Sequence record: PP408251.1
DNA length: 32,000 bases
Reading direction: 5' to 3' (one strand)
From: Pseudomonas phage vB_Pa-PAC4
The notes below the pieces were generated by a model, which was given only the letters and a program-made list of their open reading frames with translations, did no database searches and was not told the DNA's origin. A program made the position numbers and the translations under genes. Positions within the stretch are counted from its first letter, which is position 1; the number at the start of each line of letters is the position of its first letter. Positions 17,332 through 26,198 of the stretch are shown here, piece after piece.

Positions 17332-18525
17332 CTACATCATAACGAGGTCGATGCGTTCCGCGGCCCGGGTAATGGCGGTGTACAACCATTCCTTCCGGTC
17401 CTTCCCGTACCACTCATCAAACAGCAGGACGTTGTTCCACTGGGAGCCCTGCGACTTGTGGACGGTGAGCGCATAGCCATAGTCGAACTCCTCCGCGTCC
17501 TTCCGCTCCCAATACTCCGGCTTGTTGCCGTGGAAGTAGTGGGGGTGGGCGCTGACTTCGACCTTCGCGCCGTCCTCGCCTTCGATGTCCATGATGACAT
17601 AGTCGCCGTCGAAGATCGTGTCACGGCGGACCTTCCAGAGCTGACCGTTGAGCAGGCCCACCTCGTGGTTGTTGCGGAGGCACACCAGCTTGTCGCCTTC
17701 CTGCGGCAGGGCGTTCGTCCGCCCGAGGAGTTCCCGGGCACGTCCGTTGCTCGTGATTCTCGTGGCGTTCCTGCCAACGAGGAGCTGGTCAGTGGACAGT
17801 ACCATGTCCCGGAGTTCTTCGCGTGGCAGGCGGCCATAGGGAATCACGCGGCTGGCACCGTAGTCGCCGGGGCGGAGCACGCGGCCCTCGCGGACCTCCT
17901 TGGACATCCAGATGATCGGGTTGTCCTGGGCCTGGCGGTGAATCTCCGTGAGCAGGATGTCGGGCTTGTTCTTGAAGAAGGGGGTGCCGCCCACGGGCGG
18001 GAGCTGCCCCGGATCGCCCAGGGCGAGGATCGGGCAACCGAAGCTGAGCAAGTCCTCCCCCATCTGCTCGTCAATCATGGAATACTCATCCACCACGAGC
18101 AGCGCGGCCTCGAACAGGGGCGACTCCGTGTTGAGCTGGAACATCGGGCGGGCGAGGTTGATCTGCTCCGCCTTGATCGCCGCATCGACCTTCTCCACGA
18201 GGGTTTCCGGGACGGGCTTGTGGGTTAGCAGCTTCGCCCGCTCCGCTTGGAGTTCCTTCAGGCGCTGCTGTGACTTGTCCTTGGGCGTGTAGATGAGCTT
18301 GTGGATGGTACTCACGTTGGTCGCCCCGGACTTCGTGAGGACGTGAGCGGCCTTGCCGGTGTAGGCGGCGAAGTACACGGGACCATTGACGGTCGCGGCG
18401 AGGTGTTTGGCCAGGGTGGTCTTGCCGGTTCCGGCGTACCCGGCGAGCTGGAACACGGGCTTGTCCCGGGTCTTGAGCCACCGCCCAACCCGGTCCAGCG
18501 CGGTCTGCTGTTGCGGACTCCACAT
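17332..18525 (-). CDS. SF1 helicase, Dda/RecD-like
   Basis: LAGYAGTGKTTLAKHLA (Walker A), LVVDEYSMIDEQM, LALGDPGQLPPVGG, GYALTVHKSQGSQWNNVLLFDE, LYTAITRAAERIDLV. Confidence 0.92.
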   Translation of the reverse strand: MWSPQQQTALDRVGRWLKTRDKPVFQLAGYAGTGKTTLAKHLAATVNGPVYFAAYTGKAAHVLTKSGATNVSTIHKLIYTPKDKSQQRLKELQAERAKLLTHKPVPETLVEKVDAAIKAEQINLARPMFQLNTESPLFEAALLVVDEYSMIDEQMGEDLLSFGCPILALGDPGQLPPVGGTPFFKNKPDILLTEIHRQAQDNPIIWMSKEVREGRVLRPGDYGASRVIPYGRLPREELRDMVLSTDQLLVGRNATRITSNGRARELLGRTNALPQEGDKLVCLRNNHEVGLLNGQLWKVRRDTIFDGDYVIMDIEGEDGAKVEVSAHPHYFHGNKPEYWERKDAEEFDYGYALTVHKSQGSQWNNVLLFDEWYGKDRKEWLYTAITRAAERIDLVMM

Positions 18526-18555
18526 GATGATCGTTCTCCGTTTCTGATGAAAAGA

Positions 18556-18576
18556 AGGGGGCCACGAAGGCCCCCT
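18556..18576 (-). terminator. Rho-independent-like terminator
   Basis: Minus strand AGGGGGCC-TTCGT-GGCCCCCT followed by TCTTTTC; 8-bp stem, 5-nt loop, between the 18627 stop and the 18525 start. Confidence 0.65.
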
Positions 18577-18626
18577 GAAGGTACGGCCCGAGGGGGCGGG
18601 CCGTCCGGGTCGGTCCTCCCGGTAGA

Positions 18627-19466
18627 TCAGAACACCGGCTTGCCGCCGCCTGCGCCCTGGGCTTCTTCGTCCGCGGAGCCCGGAGCCTGCGACTCATAGG
18701 CAGCGCGGGCCTTGCCCTGCTCGATCATCGACTTGATGTTCACGGCGGACTGGAACAGCGGGTCATCGGGCAGGAGGCGAGCCTGCTGGGCGTTCTCGCC
18801 GTCGAAGGCGATGGCGTCCCAGTTGAAGAACTGGCCCTTGTTGTTCTTCTCGCTCACGGTCTTGAGGCGGTAGCGGTGGGCGAACAGCGGAGCCGGAATG
18901 CGGCGACCGTCCGGCAGCGGAATCTGGATGGTCTTGGCCTTGGTCATCCAGCCCTTGTACTTCTTGATTTTCGTGGAGCTGAAGGCCAGGACCGCTTCCG
19001 AGGCGTTGCCGTCATCATCCAGCGCGATGCCGTACACATAGAAGGTTTCGATCAGCTCGTTGCCGTCCGGGGTGCTGTACTTGCCATACTCCGCGGACGC
19101 GGCCTTGGCATGGTTCACCAGATCGCTGTTGACTTCGTGGATGCCCACGAAACCGCCGCCCGCATCGCGGGGCTTCCACTCCACGTACACGTGCTGGGTG
19201 GTCGCCGGGACGAAGGCGATGCCCTTCTTGCCGTCCCAGACTTCGCCGGTCACGGTGTTCAGGATCATGCCCTGGCGCAGGCTGTCGTTCTCCTGGAGCT
19301 GAGGGCTGAGGGCCTGAAGAATCTGGAGGAACGGGATGCTGTAGTCATCGCTGGTCTGGTTCTCGAAGCCCGCGCCCGCGTAGTCGGCATATGCGCCATA
19401 CTCCGCCATTGCGGTGTTCTGTTCCTTCACTGCGACATCGGTGGTCTTGCTATCGGTCTTGGCCAT
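18627..19466 (-). CDS. Conserved phage protein, possible ssDNA-binding/replication accessory
   Basis: MAKTDSKTTDVAV...GFENQTSDDYSIPFLQILQALSPQLQENDSLRQGMILNTVTGEVWDGKKGIAFVPATTQHVYVEWKPRDAGGGFVG; familiar conserved phage pattern; function assignment is speculative. Confidence 0.7.
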   Translation of the reverse strand: MAKTDSKTTDVAVKEQNTAMAEYGAYADYAGAGFENQTSDDYSIPFLQILQALSPQLQENDSLRQGMILNTVTGEVWDGKKGIAFVPATTQHVYVEWKPRDAGGGFVGIHEVNSDLVNHAKAASAEYGKYSTPDGNELIETFYVYGIALDDDGNASEAVLAFSSTKIKKYKGWMTKAKTIQIPLPDGRRIPAPLFAHRYRLKTVSEKNNKGQFFNWDAIAFDGENAQQARLLPDDPLFQSAVNIKSMIEQGKARAAYESQAPGSADEEAQGAGGGKPVF

Positions 19467-19608
19467 GGTGTGGCTCCTTCGGTTCAATGTGAGCGGGTCG
19501 ATTGGGCCCCCGGTCGAATAGCCCTGCCGTCTCACCGGCTGTACCCGCTGTCACCCGCGGGGCGGTTCGGTCGGGAGGAAGGCCCGGGGCCGTCCTCCGG
19601 CATTCTGG

Positions 19609-20154
19609 TCACACTTCGATCTTGGACACGCGCTGACGATGGACCCCGAACAGGTCCAGGGGGACTTCCTCGCCTTCACGCAGCTTCTCGCGGACGAAAG
19701 CGGCAAGGGTCGAAGGATGGACGCTGGCGTTGTCGTCCACCTCGAACTCGTCCGCGAGACGCTGGCGCAGTTCGTCAGCCTTCTCGTCCTCGCCCTTGCC
19801 GAATGCGACGGCGACCACGCGCTTGATCATCGCGGCGTGGCCGTTCTGCTTGAGCCAGGCGAAGGCGAGCGGGGCCTTGGCCTTCGGGATGCTGGCGCGG
19901 ATCGTCTCGTCAATCTTGATCTTCAGGCCGGTGGTGGTCTTGAACTCGCCAATGCCGATCTGGTCCATGAGTTCGGGCACCTGGCGTTCCGCGATGTCGC
20001 GGAGTTCTTCGCGGGCCTTGTTGAGCTGGGCTTCGAGGTCTGCGACCTTCGACTGGGCAGCGGCCTGTTGTTCGGCCAGCTGGGTGAGTTGGCTCAGTTC
20101 GCCCCCGGCGGTTTGGGGTTGGACATAGTCCAGGTATGCGTTTTCACTTGACAT
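19609..20154 (-). CDS. Conserved phage protein with N-terminal coiled-coil
   Basis: MSSENAYLDYVQPQTAGGELSQLTQLAEQQAAAQSKVADLEAQLNKAREELRDIAERQVPELMDQIGIGEFKTTTGLKIKI... Confidence 0.65.
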   Translation of the reverse strand: MSSENAYLDYVQPQTAGGELSQLTQLAEQQAAAQSKVADLEAQLNKAREELRDIAERQVPELMDQIGIGEFKTTTGLKIKIDETIRASIPKAKAPLAFAWLKQNGHAAMIKRVVAVAFGKGEDEKADELRQRLADEFEVDDNASVHPSTLAAFVREKLREGEEVPLDLFGVHRQRVSKIEV

Positions 20155-20202
20155 GTGGTTCTCCGTTTCTTCGGTGAGGGGGTATCCCAATCACGCTGAA
20201 GA

Positions 20203-20231
20203 AGTATAGCCGGTCAATCGGAAGAAGTAAA
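20203..20231 (-). promoter_or_regulatory. Sigma70-like promoter
   Basis: Minus strand: TTTACT - 17 nt - TATACT; CTTTACTTCTTC element at 20221-20232 overlapping the 3' codons (FTSSD*) of the upstream gene. Confidence 0.75.
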
Positions 20232-20567
20232 GAGGCCCGAGGCATCCACCGCGATGTAGCGTTGGTCCTTGCCGCTCCACTGGAGCAGGGACACGTCCCC
20301 GTCATTGGCGTCCGCGGCGATGGCGACGGCGAACCCGATCAGGACCGGATTGCCCACGAGCAGGAGGTGGTCCCCCGGCCCGAAGTCGGCCAGCTTCTCC
20401 TTCAGCTCATCAATGATCGGCTCCGGGCGGAAGGGGGCCGCGGTCGGGCTGAGCAAGTACACCAGCTCACCGAACTCCTCCGCCGGGGCGAGGTTGAATT
20501 TGGGCTCGAACCGCTGCTTGTCGCGGTCCCAGCGGTGTTGGTTCTGTACAACAAATACACGGCTCAT
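20214..20567 (-). CDS. Conserved phage protein
   Basis: MSRVFVVQNQHRWDRDKQRFEPKFNLAPAEEFGELVYLLSPTAAPFRPEPIIDEL...DHLLLVGNPVLIGFAVAIAADANDGDVSLLQWSGKDQRYI; recurrent phage protein pattern. Confidence 0.7.
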   Translation of the reverse strand: MSRVFVVQNQHRWDRDKQRFEPKFNLAPAEEFGELVYLLSPTAAPFRPEPIIDELKEKLADFGPGDHLLLVGNPVLIGFAVAIAADANDGDVSLLQWSGKDQRYIAVDASGLFTSSD

Positions 20568-20574
20568 AGTAGTC

Positions 20575-22269
20575 TCACAACCAGTCTTTGAGGCGGTCGC
20601 CGGTGATCTGGCTCGCCACGTTGAATTTGTTCCTCAACGCTTCCACCACCTTCTCATCCACGGAGTCCTCAGCCACGAGGTCGATGTACAGCACGTTGTT
20701 GGTCTGTCCGATCCGGTGGGCGCGGTCCTCCGACTGAAGGCGGTCGATCAGCTTGAAGCTGTTGGAATAATAGATGACAGTCTTGGCTGCCGTCAAGGTC
20801 AGACCCGTCGCCCCCGCCGCGGGATTGCCCACGAACACGCGGGCCTGCTCCTCCGGCGGGACGGCCTCGCGCCCAACCACTTGTCCGTTGTGGTACAGGG
20901 GGCGCTCGCCCTGGAACCGGGCCTTGGCGTCCGCCCGCTCATCATCGTTCACCAGCCCGTCATAGCGGACCGCGCTGATGCCGCGCTCGCGGAGGGCGTC
21001 CATGATCAGGGTGATGTCCATCTGGAACCGGGCCCAGACGATCACCTTGTGCTGGGACTCCTCGATCAGCTCACAGAGCAGGTCCAGGCGACGGTTCGGC
21101 CCCTGGATTGTGTACACGGGTTCCGCTTCATCGTCGGTCGGGAGGTAGCCGCAGGTGATCTGCTGGAGGCGGAGGAGCCGGGTGATGGCGAGGGCGGCGA
21201 TGACCGGGGTGGTGCCCTCCGCGCCCAGGTCAGGGGCGTCTCCGCAGTCGGGGCAGGGGTAGATGAAGCCGTCAAACTCCACCTCACGTTTGCCCAAGCA
21301 GGTCGGGCAGGCGTCCGGCGACGGCTCCGCGGCGACCGCTTCCGCGTCCCGCTCAATTCCGCCCGTCTCCAGCCACACGATGTACTCGTCACGCAACTGG
21401 CGATACAGCTTGCCCTGCTCCGGGGTCATCGGGAAGAACCGCTTGCTGTACAGCTTCGGCGGGAGGTCCAGCACGTCATCCTTCGTCACGCGGGAGGAGA
21501 CGGGCTGGAGGAGGCTGTTCAGGGCGTCCAGGCGGCGATAGCCCACCAGCACGTCATACTCGTTGCCATCGTTCTTCTTGGTCTTGGGGTTGAAGGCGGT
21601 CGGGTTCCAGCCCTTCTTCCAGATGCCGAAGTGCTGCTTGAACTCCGTGAAGGTCCCCAGCTGGTTCTTGTTCCAGTAGTCGTCAATCAAGAACTTGATC
21701 TGGCTGTAGGCGTCGAAGGGTCCCTGAGCAATCGGAGTCCCGGTCAGGACCCGCCTGAATGGCGCGTACTTCGCGGAGCGGAGGATGGACTTGGTGCGCT
21801 CCGCGGTCGGGGTCTTGATGTAGTGCGCCTCATCCAGGACGTACAGGAGGCGGCGCTTGTCGAAGAAGTCAATCAGCGCCCGCTTCCCGGAGGTGGTCAT
21901 GAAGGCTTCATAGCTGATGGTGAGCCAGGCGAAGCCCTTGTGCTCAATGACGGCCTTGACCGCCTGCTTGTGCCACTTGGTGTCGGCCTTCGGGCTCTGG
22001 TAGTGGAAGGCCCGGACGTGCTTGATCACCTCATCGGGTACGTGGTCCGGGATTTCCTTCTCAACCCAGTTGCGGTGCACGCCGTTCGGGGCGACCACCA
22101 GCACGCCGTCGATGAGCCCGCGGAGCCAGAGCCAGCAGGCGGTGTCGATGGTCAGCTTGGACTTGCCGGTGCCCTGTTCCCAGAAGATCGCGCGGGCTTC
22201 TTCTTCGCGGGAGCGCAACCACTCCTCACGCTGGTGGTTGAAGGGTTCGGTCTTGAAGGGGTATTCCAT
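20575..22269 (-). CDS. SNF2/DEAD-like helicase
   Basis: FWEQGTGKSKLTIDTA, LLYVLDEAHYIKTP, RVLTGTPIAQGPFDAYSQ, QSEDRAHRIGQTNNVLYIDLVAEDSVDEKV. Confidence 0.92.
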   Translation of the reverse strand: MEYPFKTEPFNHQREEWLRSREEEARAIFWEQGTGKSKLTIDTACWLWLRGLIDGVLVVAPNGVHRNWVEKEIPDHVPDEVIKHVRAFHYQSPKADTKWHKQAVKAVIEHKGFAWLTISYEAFMTTSGKRALIDFFDKRRLLYVLDEAHYIKTPTAERTKSILRSAKYAPFRRVLTGTPIAQGPFDAYSQIKFLIDDYWNKNQLGTFTEFKQHFGIWKKGWNPTAFNPKTKKNDGNEYDVLVGYRRLDALNSLLQPVSSRVTKDDVLDLPPKLYSKRFFPMTPEQGKLYRQLRDEYIVWLETGGIERDAEAVAAEPSPDACPTCLGKREVEFDGFIYPCPDCGDAPDLGAEGTTPVIAALAITRLLRLQQITCGYLPTDDEAEPVYTIQGPNRRLDLLCELIEESQHKVIVWARFQMDITLIMDALRERGISAVRYDGLVNDDERADAKARFQGERPLYHNGQVVGREAVPPEEQARVFVGNPAAGATGLTLTAAKTVIYYSNSFKLIDRLQSEDRAHRIGQTNNVLYIDLVAEDSVDEKVVEALRNKFNVASQITGDRLKDWL

Positions 22270-22440
22270 AGGGGGGCTCCATTTCTCATAGTGATGCCCG
22301 GAAGTATAGCCCAGCTGGGCGGCGAAGGCGAGCGGAGAATCACGTGCGCTTGGGATGGGGGCCCAACGCTCGACTTCGTGTGCGGAAGAAGTATGAAGTG
22401 GAGTAAGCAGGGAAGCCCAGCGGGGCTGGGGGTCTATATA

Positions 22441-22460
22441 TTCTTCTTCTTCTTCTTCTT
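22441..22460. repeat. Perfect (TTC)6TT trinucleotide run
   Basis: ttcttcttcttcttcttctt, flanked by tatata and an AACTTACTTAAGTTACTTACCTTAA tract. Confidence 0.95.
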
Positions 22461-22642
22461 AACTTACTTAAGTTACTTACCTTAAACCCCCGGACGGCCT
22501 CCGAACAGCAGGAACGGTCGCCGGTCGCCTCCCTGGGCAGGGGGTCCCGGCGATTTATCGGGCGAAGTAGAACTGAACTGGAGAAAGTGAAGTAACCTAA
22601 GCGCAGGAGGGTCGGAGCTGTTACGGCGCTGGGCTTTCGATG

Positions 22643-22692
22643 GCGCTTGGGGTCTATACTTCTTCAGGTGTGAAGGTAAGTAGCCCAAGCGC
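22643..22692. repeat. Perfect 9-bp inverted repeat GCGCTTGGG ... CCCAAGCGC
   Basis: Arms 22643-22651 and 22684-22692 with a 32-nt spacer holding CTATACTTCTTC; a further GCGCTTGGG at 22346-22354 and a one-mismatch CCTAAGCGC at 22596-22604. Confidence 0.85.
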
Positions 22693-22696
22693 ATCC

Positions 22697-23041
22697 TCAT
22701 TTTTGGAACCACTCCTTGAGGCCCAGGAGGATCAGGGAGACCAGACCGGAGAAGAAGATGCCCAGCAGGGCAACGGTCCCCTTCCGCTTCAGGTCCTCCC
22801 CGGACTCGCGCCACTGGCGGAGGTGTTGGAAGTCCCTCTGCATGGCGAACGGATCGGACGTGTCCACCCCGAGCTGCATCAACGTCTGCTTGACCGCTTC
22901 GGCCACTACGTCGTTCAGCTCCGAGTGGGACATGGCCACGGTTTCCGCAGCTCGCTTCGCCGCGTCCTCCACGGATAGTTTCGCCGCCCGGGTCGCAGCC
23001 GCAACGGCGATGTCTTCGACTTGCTCCGGGGTCAGGGGCAT
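22697..23041 (-). CDS. Small membrane-anchored protein with C-terminal transmembrane segment
   Basis: MPLTPEQVEDIAVAAATRAAKLSVEDAAKRAAETVAMSHSELNDVVAEAVKQTLMQLGVD...KGTVALLGIFFSGLVSLILLGLKEWFQK. Confidence 0.6.
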   Translation of the reverse strand: MPLTPEQVEDIAVAAATRAAKLSVEDAAKRAAETVAMSHSELNDVVAEAVKQTLMQLGVDTSDPFAMQRDFQHLRQWRESGEDLKRKGTVALLGIFFSGLVSLILLGLKEWFQK

Positions 23042-23076
23042 ATCGGGGTCCTCGCACCAAGATGATCTTGGGCCGT

Positions 23077-23105
23077 ATTCTACGGAACCCAAGACAACTT
23101 GGCAA
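23077..23105 (-). promoter_or_regulatory. Strong sigma70-like promoter
   Basis: Minus strand: TTGCCA - 17 nt - TAGAAT, each hexamer 5/6 to consensus, upstream of ATG 23041. Confidence 0.75.
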
Positions 23106-23108
23106 ATT

Positions 23109-23594
23109 TTAGACGGCCAACCCAGTCGCGTCCACCCAGGCGGAGCCCGTGGACCATATCGGCTTGCCCAGGGTGGTGTCGAAGTATTGGCCCCCGATCA
23201 GGGCGGCGCTCGCCGCCGGGCGGTTCGCGGTCGTGCCGTAGCCGCGGAGGAACTTCCACGCGCTGCCGTCATACCAGTAGGTGCTGTTGGTATCCTCCAC
23301 GGAAATGGTCCACCCCTTCTTCGGCGCGAAGAACTCCCAGGCCGTCGCCGCGCTCGAATAACGCGCGATCCGTTGGCCCTGACCCGACCAGTTCGTGCCG
23401 GTCGGGCTCGCCGGGAGCACGTACACGTCCCCGTCCGCGGGCGAAGCCGGTTGGGCGGTCGTGGTCGCGGACTTCGCGTGGCCCATGAGAAGGCCGTCCA
23501 CTGCACGGAGGAAAGACATGAATTGGTTGTAGTGCTGGTCCCCCAGCGCGCCGTTCACCATGATGCCCAAGTTCGGGCCGTTACTGATAGCCAT
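23109..23594 (-). CDS. DUF2793-like tail-associated protein
   Basis: MAISNGPNLGIMVNGALGDQHYNQFMSFLRAVDGLL...ASPADGDVYVLPASPTGTNWSGQGQRIARYS...GWTISVEDTNSTYWYDGSAW. Confidence 0.7.
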   Translation of the reverse strand: MAISNGPNLGIMVNGALGDQHYNQFMSFLRAVDGLLMGHAKSATTTAQPASPADGDVYVLPASPTGTNWSGQGQRIARYSSAATAWEFFAPKKGWTISVEDTNSTYWYDGSAWKFLRGYGTTANRPAASAALIGGQYFDTTLGKPIWSTGSAWVDATGLAV

Positions 23595-25765
23595 CACAAA
23601 CCTCCAAGATAGTTTCCAAGATTGTTCCCGAGTCCGGCCCGATCCACATACCAATCGTGGGATTGGTAGCTGTCCAGGCCGTCGCGGACCGCCGTGACCT
23701 TGATCCGGTTCCGGCCCGCGGTGTTCTCCGTCGCCTCGTTGGTCCAGGTCCAGCTAGTGCCAGTCAGTCCCGGCTCCGACTTCAAGAGCGTGCTGCCGTT
23801 GGCCGCGTAGATGTCCACGCGGTAGGTCACCCCCGGCTCCGGGCCGATGTTCGCCGCGGTGTGGTCGATGATCGGACGGACCACCTGCTGGGTCCGGTCG
23901 CGGTGCGCCCAAGATAGGCTCAGACCTCCGAGGATAGCCGAAGGATACTGGAGACTGTTCACCCGGAAGTTCCCGGGAGCGTAGGGGCGTGCGAAACGGC
24001 CCACCAGCGCCTTCGAGTCCTCCGGCGCAACGGACAGGTCCAGAATGCCGACCCCGGACCGGCCCAGGCCCTTCGCGGCGATGGTCTCGCCGCTGTTATA
24101 CTCAAGACGGTCGCGCACGCGGGCGTCCTCCGCGAACCAAAACCGCGCCCCAGCTGCGTGTTCCGCGCAGACGGTATCCAAGCACCCCCGACCCACCGTC
24201 ACGATCCCGTTCACCAGGTCGATAGTGTCCACGCGCACGATTTCGTTGTCAATCAGCGCATAGGTCCCCGTCCGCGCAAATTCGGTGCGGGAGGACAGGT
24301 TGGACAGCTGGATGGAGGTCTGTATGGGCGTGATCGCGTTCGTCAGCGTAGCATGCGCCGCGGGGTCGCCGGTGGCCGCGTATGCGTAGGACCCGCCCGT
24401 GGGCTTCGTCCACAGTTCATAGTTCTGGAGGTACTGGGCAGGCTCGCCCATCAGGCCGATCAGGAAGGCGGAGGTGTTGTCCAGCGCCTGGAAGTCGCCC
24501 GAGGGCAGACCGTTCGCCAAGTCCCAATAGTTCGCCTCCTCCAGACGGCGGAGGGCGAACGGGTTGGGCGCTTGAACCGGGTCCACCCATCCCGAGCCCT
24601 GGTTGCCCATGTAGGTGGAGGACGGAAGGCCGAACATGTCCTCAACCGCATCCACCACGATTTCACCGCTGGTCAGCTCCCCGTAGTTCACCCCGAGGAC
24701 GCGGAACACGATGTCCACGAGGCTGTGCTCATCCCAGGAGAAGCGGAACACGTCCCCCAGGGTCAGGTTCCATGCGTTCCGGTTCACCCGGATGCGGATG
24801 CGCGCGAAGGGGGTGGACTTCTGGCGGAGGTCGCGCATGGCCAGTTTCGCCGCGTTCGCCGCGGTGTCGATCCCGGGATAATTCACCGTCTGGCTCACAA
24901 CGCCCTGTTGGGCTTGAATCGCTGCGAGGTCCTGGACGGTCACGGAATCGTCCTCAGTGGAGCCTTGCGGACGGTAGGTCACCACGATCTCATTGACAAT
25001 TTCCGCGTAGCCCGGGCGCTCGAAGGACTCCAGCCGGATCGTGTTGGACTCGTTGAACAGCGGGAGGTTCGCCACCACGTAGTCCTCGCGGATCAGCTTC
25101 ACCACGAACTGACCATTGTCGGGTCGCGTGTACAACATTCCGTTACAGTGGCCCAGCACCGTGTATATGAAGGACTCGATGGAGTCCTGCTTGGTCATGA
25201 TCATCGACACGCCCAAGCCTTCCGCGTGAAGGGTGTCCGCCGCAGCGCGAAAGGCGGCGTCATCCAGGGCGTTGATCGGGTATCCCATCCCCCAGTCCGG
25301 GTTCGTCAGCGTCTCATAGATGACGTGGGCCGGGTTCGCGGAGCCGTTGATGTCTGCCTTCTCCGGGTACCAAGCCTTGCCCGGGAGGCGCTTCACCTTC
25401 AGCGCCCAGGCCTTCGGATAGGGCGACATGGCGCACATGTACACCTTCCGCAGGACCAGCGAAAGGACGCCCCGGAAGGCCGGGATCACGGTGCCGAGTT
25501 TTGATTGGAGGTAACTGTTGCGGCCCTGGTTCGATTCCCCCATCATGATGTCCACGTAGCCCTGGACACCCCCCTCCTTCTTCTCGCCGCCGAACAGCTC
25601 CGGGTTGTTGATGTAGATTTGCTGCGAGGCCGTCACGTTCCCGCTCCAGGCGGTTCGGTCGCCCACTACAATTTCCTGGACGGAATCGACCGGCCCGTGA
25701 CAGATCACGAGGTGGGCACCAAGATAATACTTGTACCCAATGGTTACACTAGATTTGCTGCCCAC
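23594..25765 (-). CDS. Phage tail hub/tip protein (putative phage tail protein, J-like)
   Basis: YYLGAHLVICHGPVDSVQEIVVGDRTAWSG...; NPAHVIYETLTNPDWGMG; long tail-hub-like protein with terminal Fn3-like segment; next to BR0599-like gene. Confidence 0.8.
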   Translation of the reverse strand: MGSKSSVTIGYKYYLGAHLVICHGPVDSVQEIVVGDRTAWSGNVTASQQIYINNPELFGGEKKEGGVQGYVDIMMGESNQGRNSYLQSKLGTVIPAFRGVLSLVLRKVYMCAMSPYPKAWALKVKRLPGKAWYPEKADINGSANPAHVIYETLTNPDWGMGYPINALDDAAFRAAADTLHAEGLGVSMIMTKQDSIESFIYTVLGHCNGMLYTRPDNGQFVVKLIREDYVVANLPLFNESNTIRLESFERPGYAEIVNEIVVTYRPQGSTEDDSVTVQDLAAIQAQQGVVSQTVNYPGIDTAANAAKLAMRDLRQKSTPFARIRIRVNRNAWNLTLGDVFRFSWDEHSLVDIVFRVLGVNYGELTSGEIVVDAVEDMFGLPSSTYMGNQGSGWVDPVQAPNPFALRRLEEANYWDLANGLPSGDFQALDNTSAFLIGLMGEPAQYLQNYELWTKPTGGSYAYAATGDPAAHATLTNAITPIQTSIQLSNLSSRTEFARTGTYALIDNEIVRVDTIDLVNGIVTVGRGCLDTVCAEHAAGARFWFAEDARVRDRLEYNSGETIAAKGLGRSGVGILDLSVAPEDSKALVGRFARPYAPGNFRVNSLQYPSAILGGLSLSWAHRDRTQQVVRPIIDHTAANIGPEPGVTYRVDIYAANGSTLLKSEPGLTGTSWTWTNEATENTAGRNRIKVTAVRDGLDSYQSHDWYVDRAGLGNNLGNYLGGL

Positions 25766-25952
25766 GGGCCTTCTCCACTACTTGTAGCGCCATGTGATCG
25801 CCGGTCGCCTCCAGCTCCTCCGCCGGGATGCCCTCGTGGACGAAGCGGCCCCAATCCAGCCCGTGTCGGGCGGCGAAGGCGCGCATGCCGCGGGAGCAGT
25901 AGCCCAAGGCGCGGGCGTGTTCGACCCGGACCATCACTGGCTCGTTGTTCAT
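25749..25952 (-). CDS. Hypothetical small protein in tail operon
   Basis: MNNEPVMVRVEHARALGYCSRGMRAFAARHGLDWGRFVHEGIPAEELEATGDHMALQVVEKARGQQI; ATGA overlap with the upstream gene; overlaps the start of the hub gene. Confidence 0.65.
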   Translation of the reverse strand: MNNEPVMVRVEHARALGYCSRGMRAFAARHGLDWGRFVHEGIPAEELEATGDHMALQVVEKARGQQI

Positions 25953-26185
25953 CACTTGCCGCCGTCCGTTTTGACGGGACTGCTGGCCAAGTCCCCGTAC
26001 CATACCACGTTCGGGCTCTTCACGGTAACGGTCCCGAACACAACCGGGATCGGTCGCCCGGGCTCCGCGGTTGGAAATTGGAAGTCCTCCAACGAAGCGG
26101 GTTTGGGGGTGGCCTGCTTCGGGGCGAGGGCCACCGCCGCGTATGCCGCAACGATGAAGATGATCAGATACACAGCCCATTCCAT
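25952..26185 (-). CDS. Small membrane protein of tail tip operon
   Basis: MEWAVYLIIFIVAAYAAVALAPKQATPKPASLEDFQFPTAEPGRPIPVVFGTVTVKSPNVVWYGDLASSPVKTDGGK; typical of small proteins upstream of tail hubs. Confidence 0.7.
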   Translation of the reverse strand: MEWAVYLIIFIVAAYAAVALAPKQATPKPASLEDFQFPTAEPGRPIPVVFGTVTVKSPNVVWYGDLASSPVKTDGGK

Positions 26186-26198
26186 GATGGGGTCCTCC

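Noticed and set aside
22303-22331. Minus-strand TATACT as a promoter for the SNF2-like helicase
   Set aside because: The -10 is good, but the hexamer 17 nt upstream (CGCCTT) is poor; kept only as part of the intergenic-region finding.
20269-22485. 738-aa plus-strand ORF
   Set aside because: Antisense to the SNF2-like helicase; low-complexity shadow translation running into the TTC repeat (FFFFFF).
22270-22696. tRNA or CRISPR array in the large intergenic gap
   Set aside because: No T-arm GTTCGA-type motif or cloverleaf, and the repeats are short, irregularly spaced and in both orientations.
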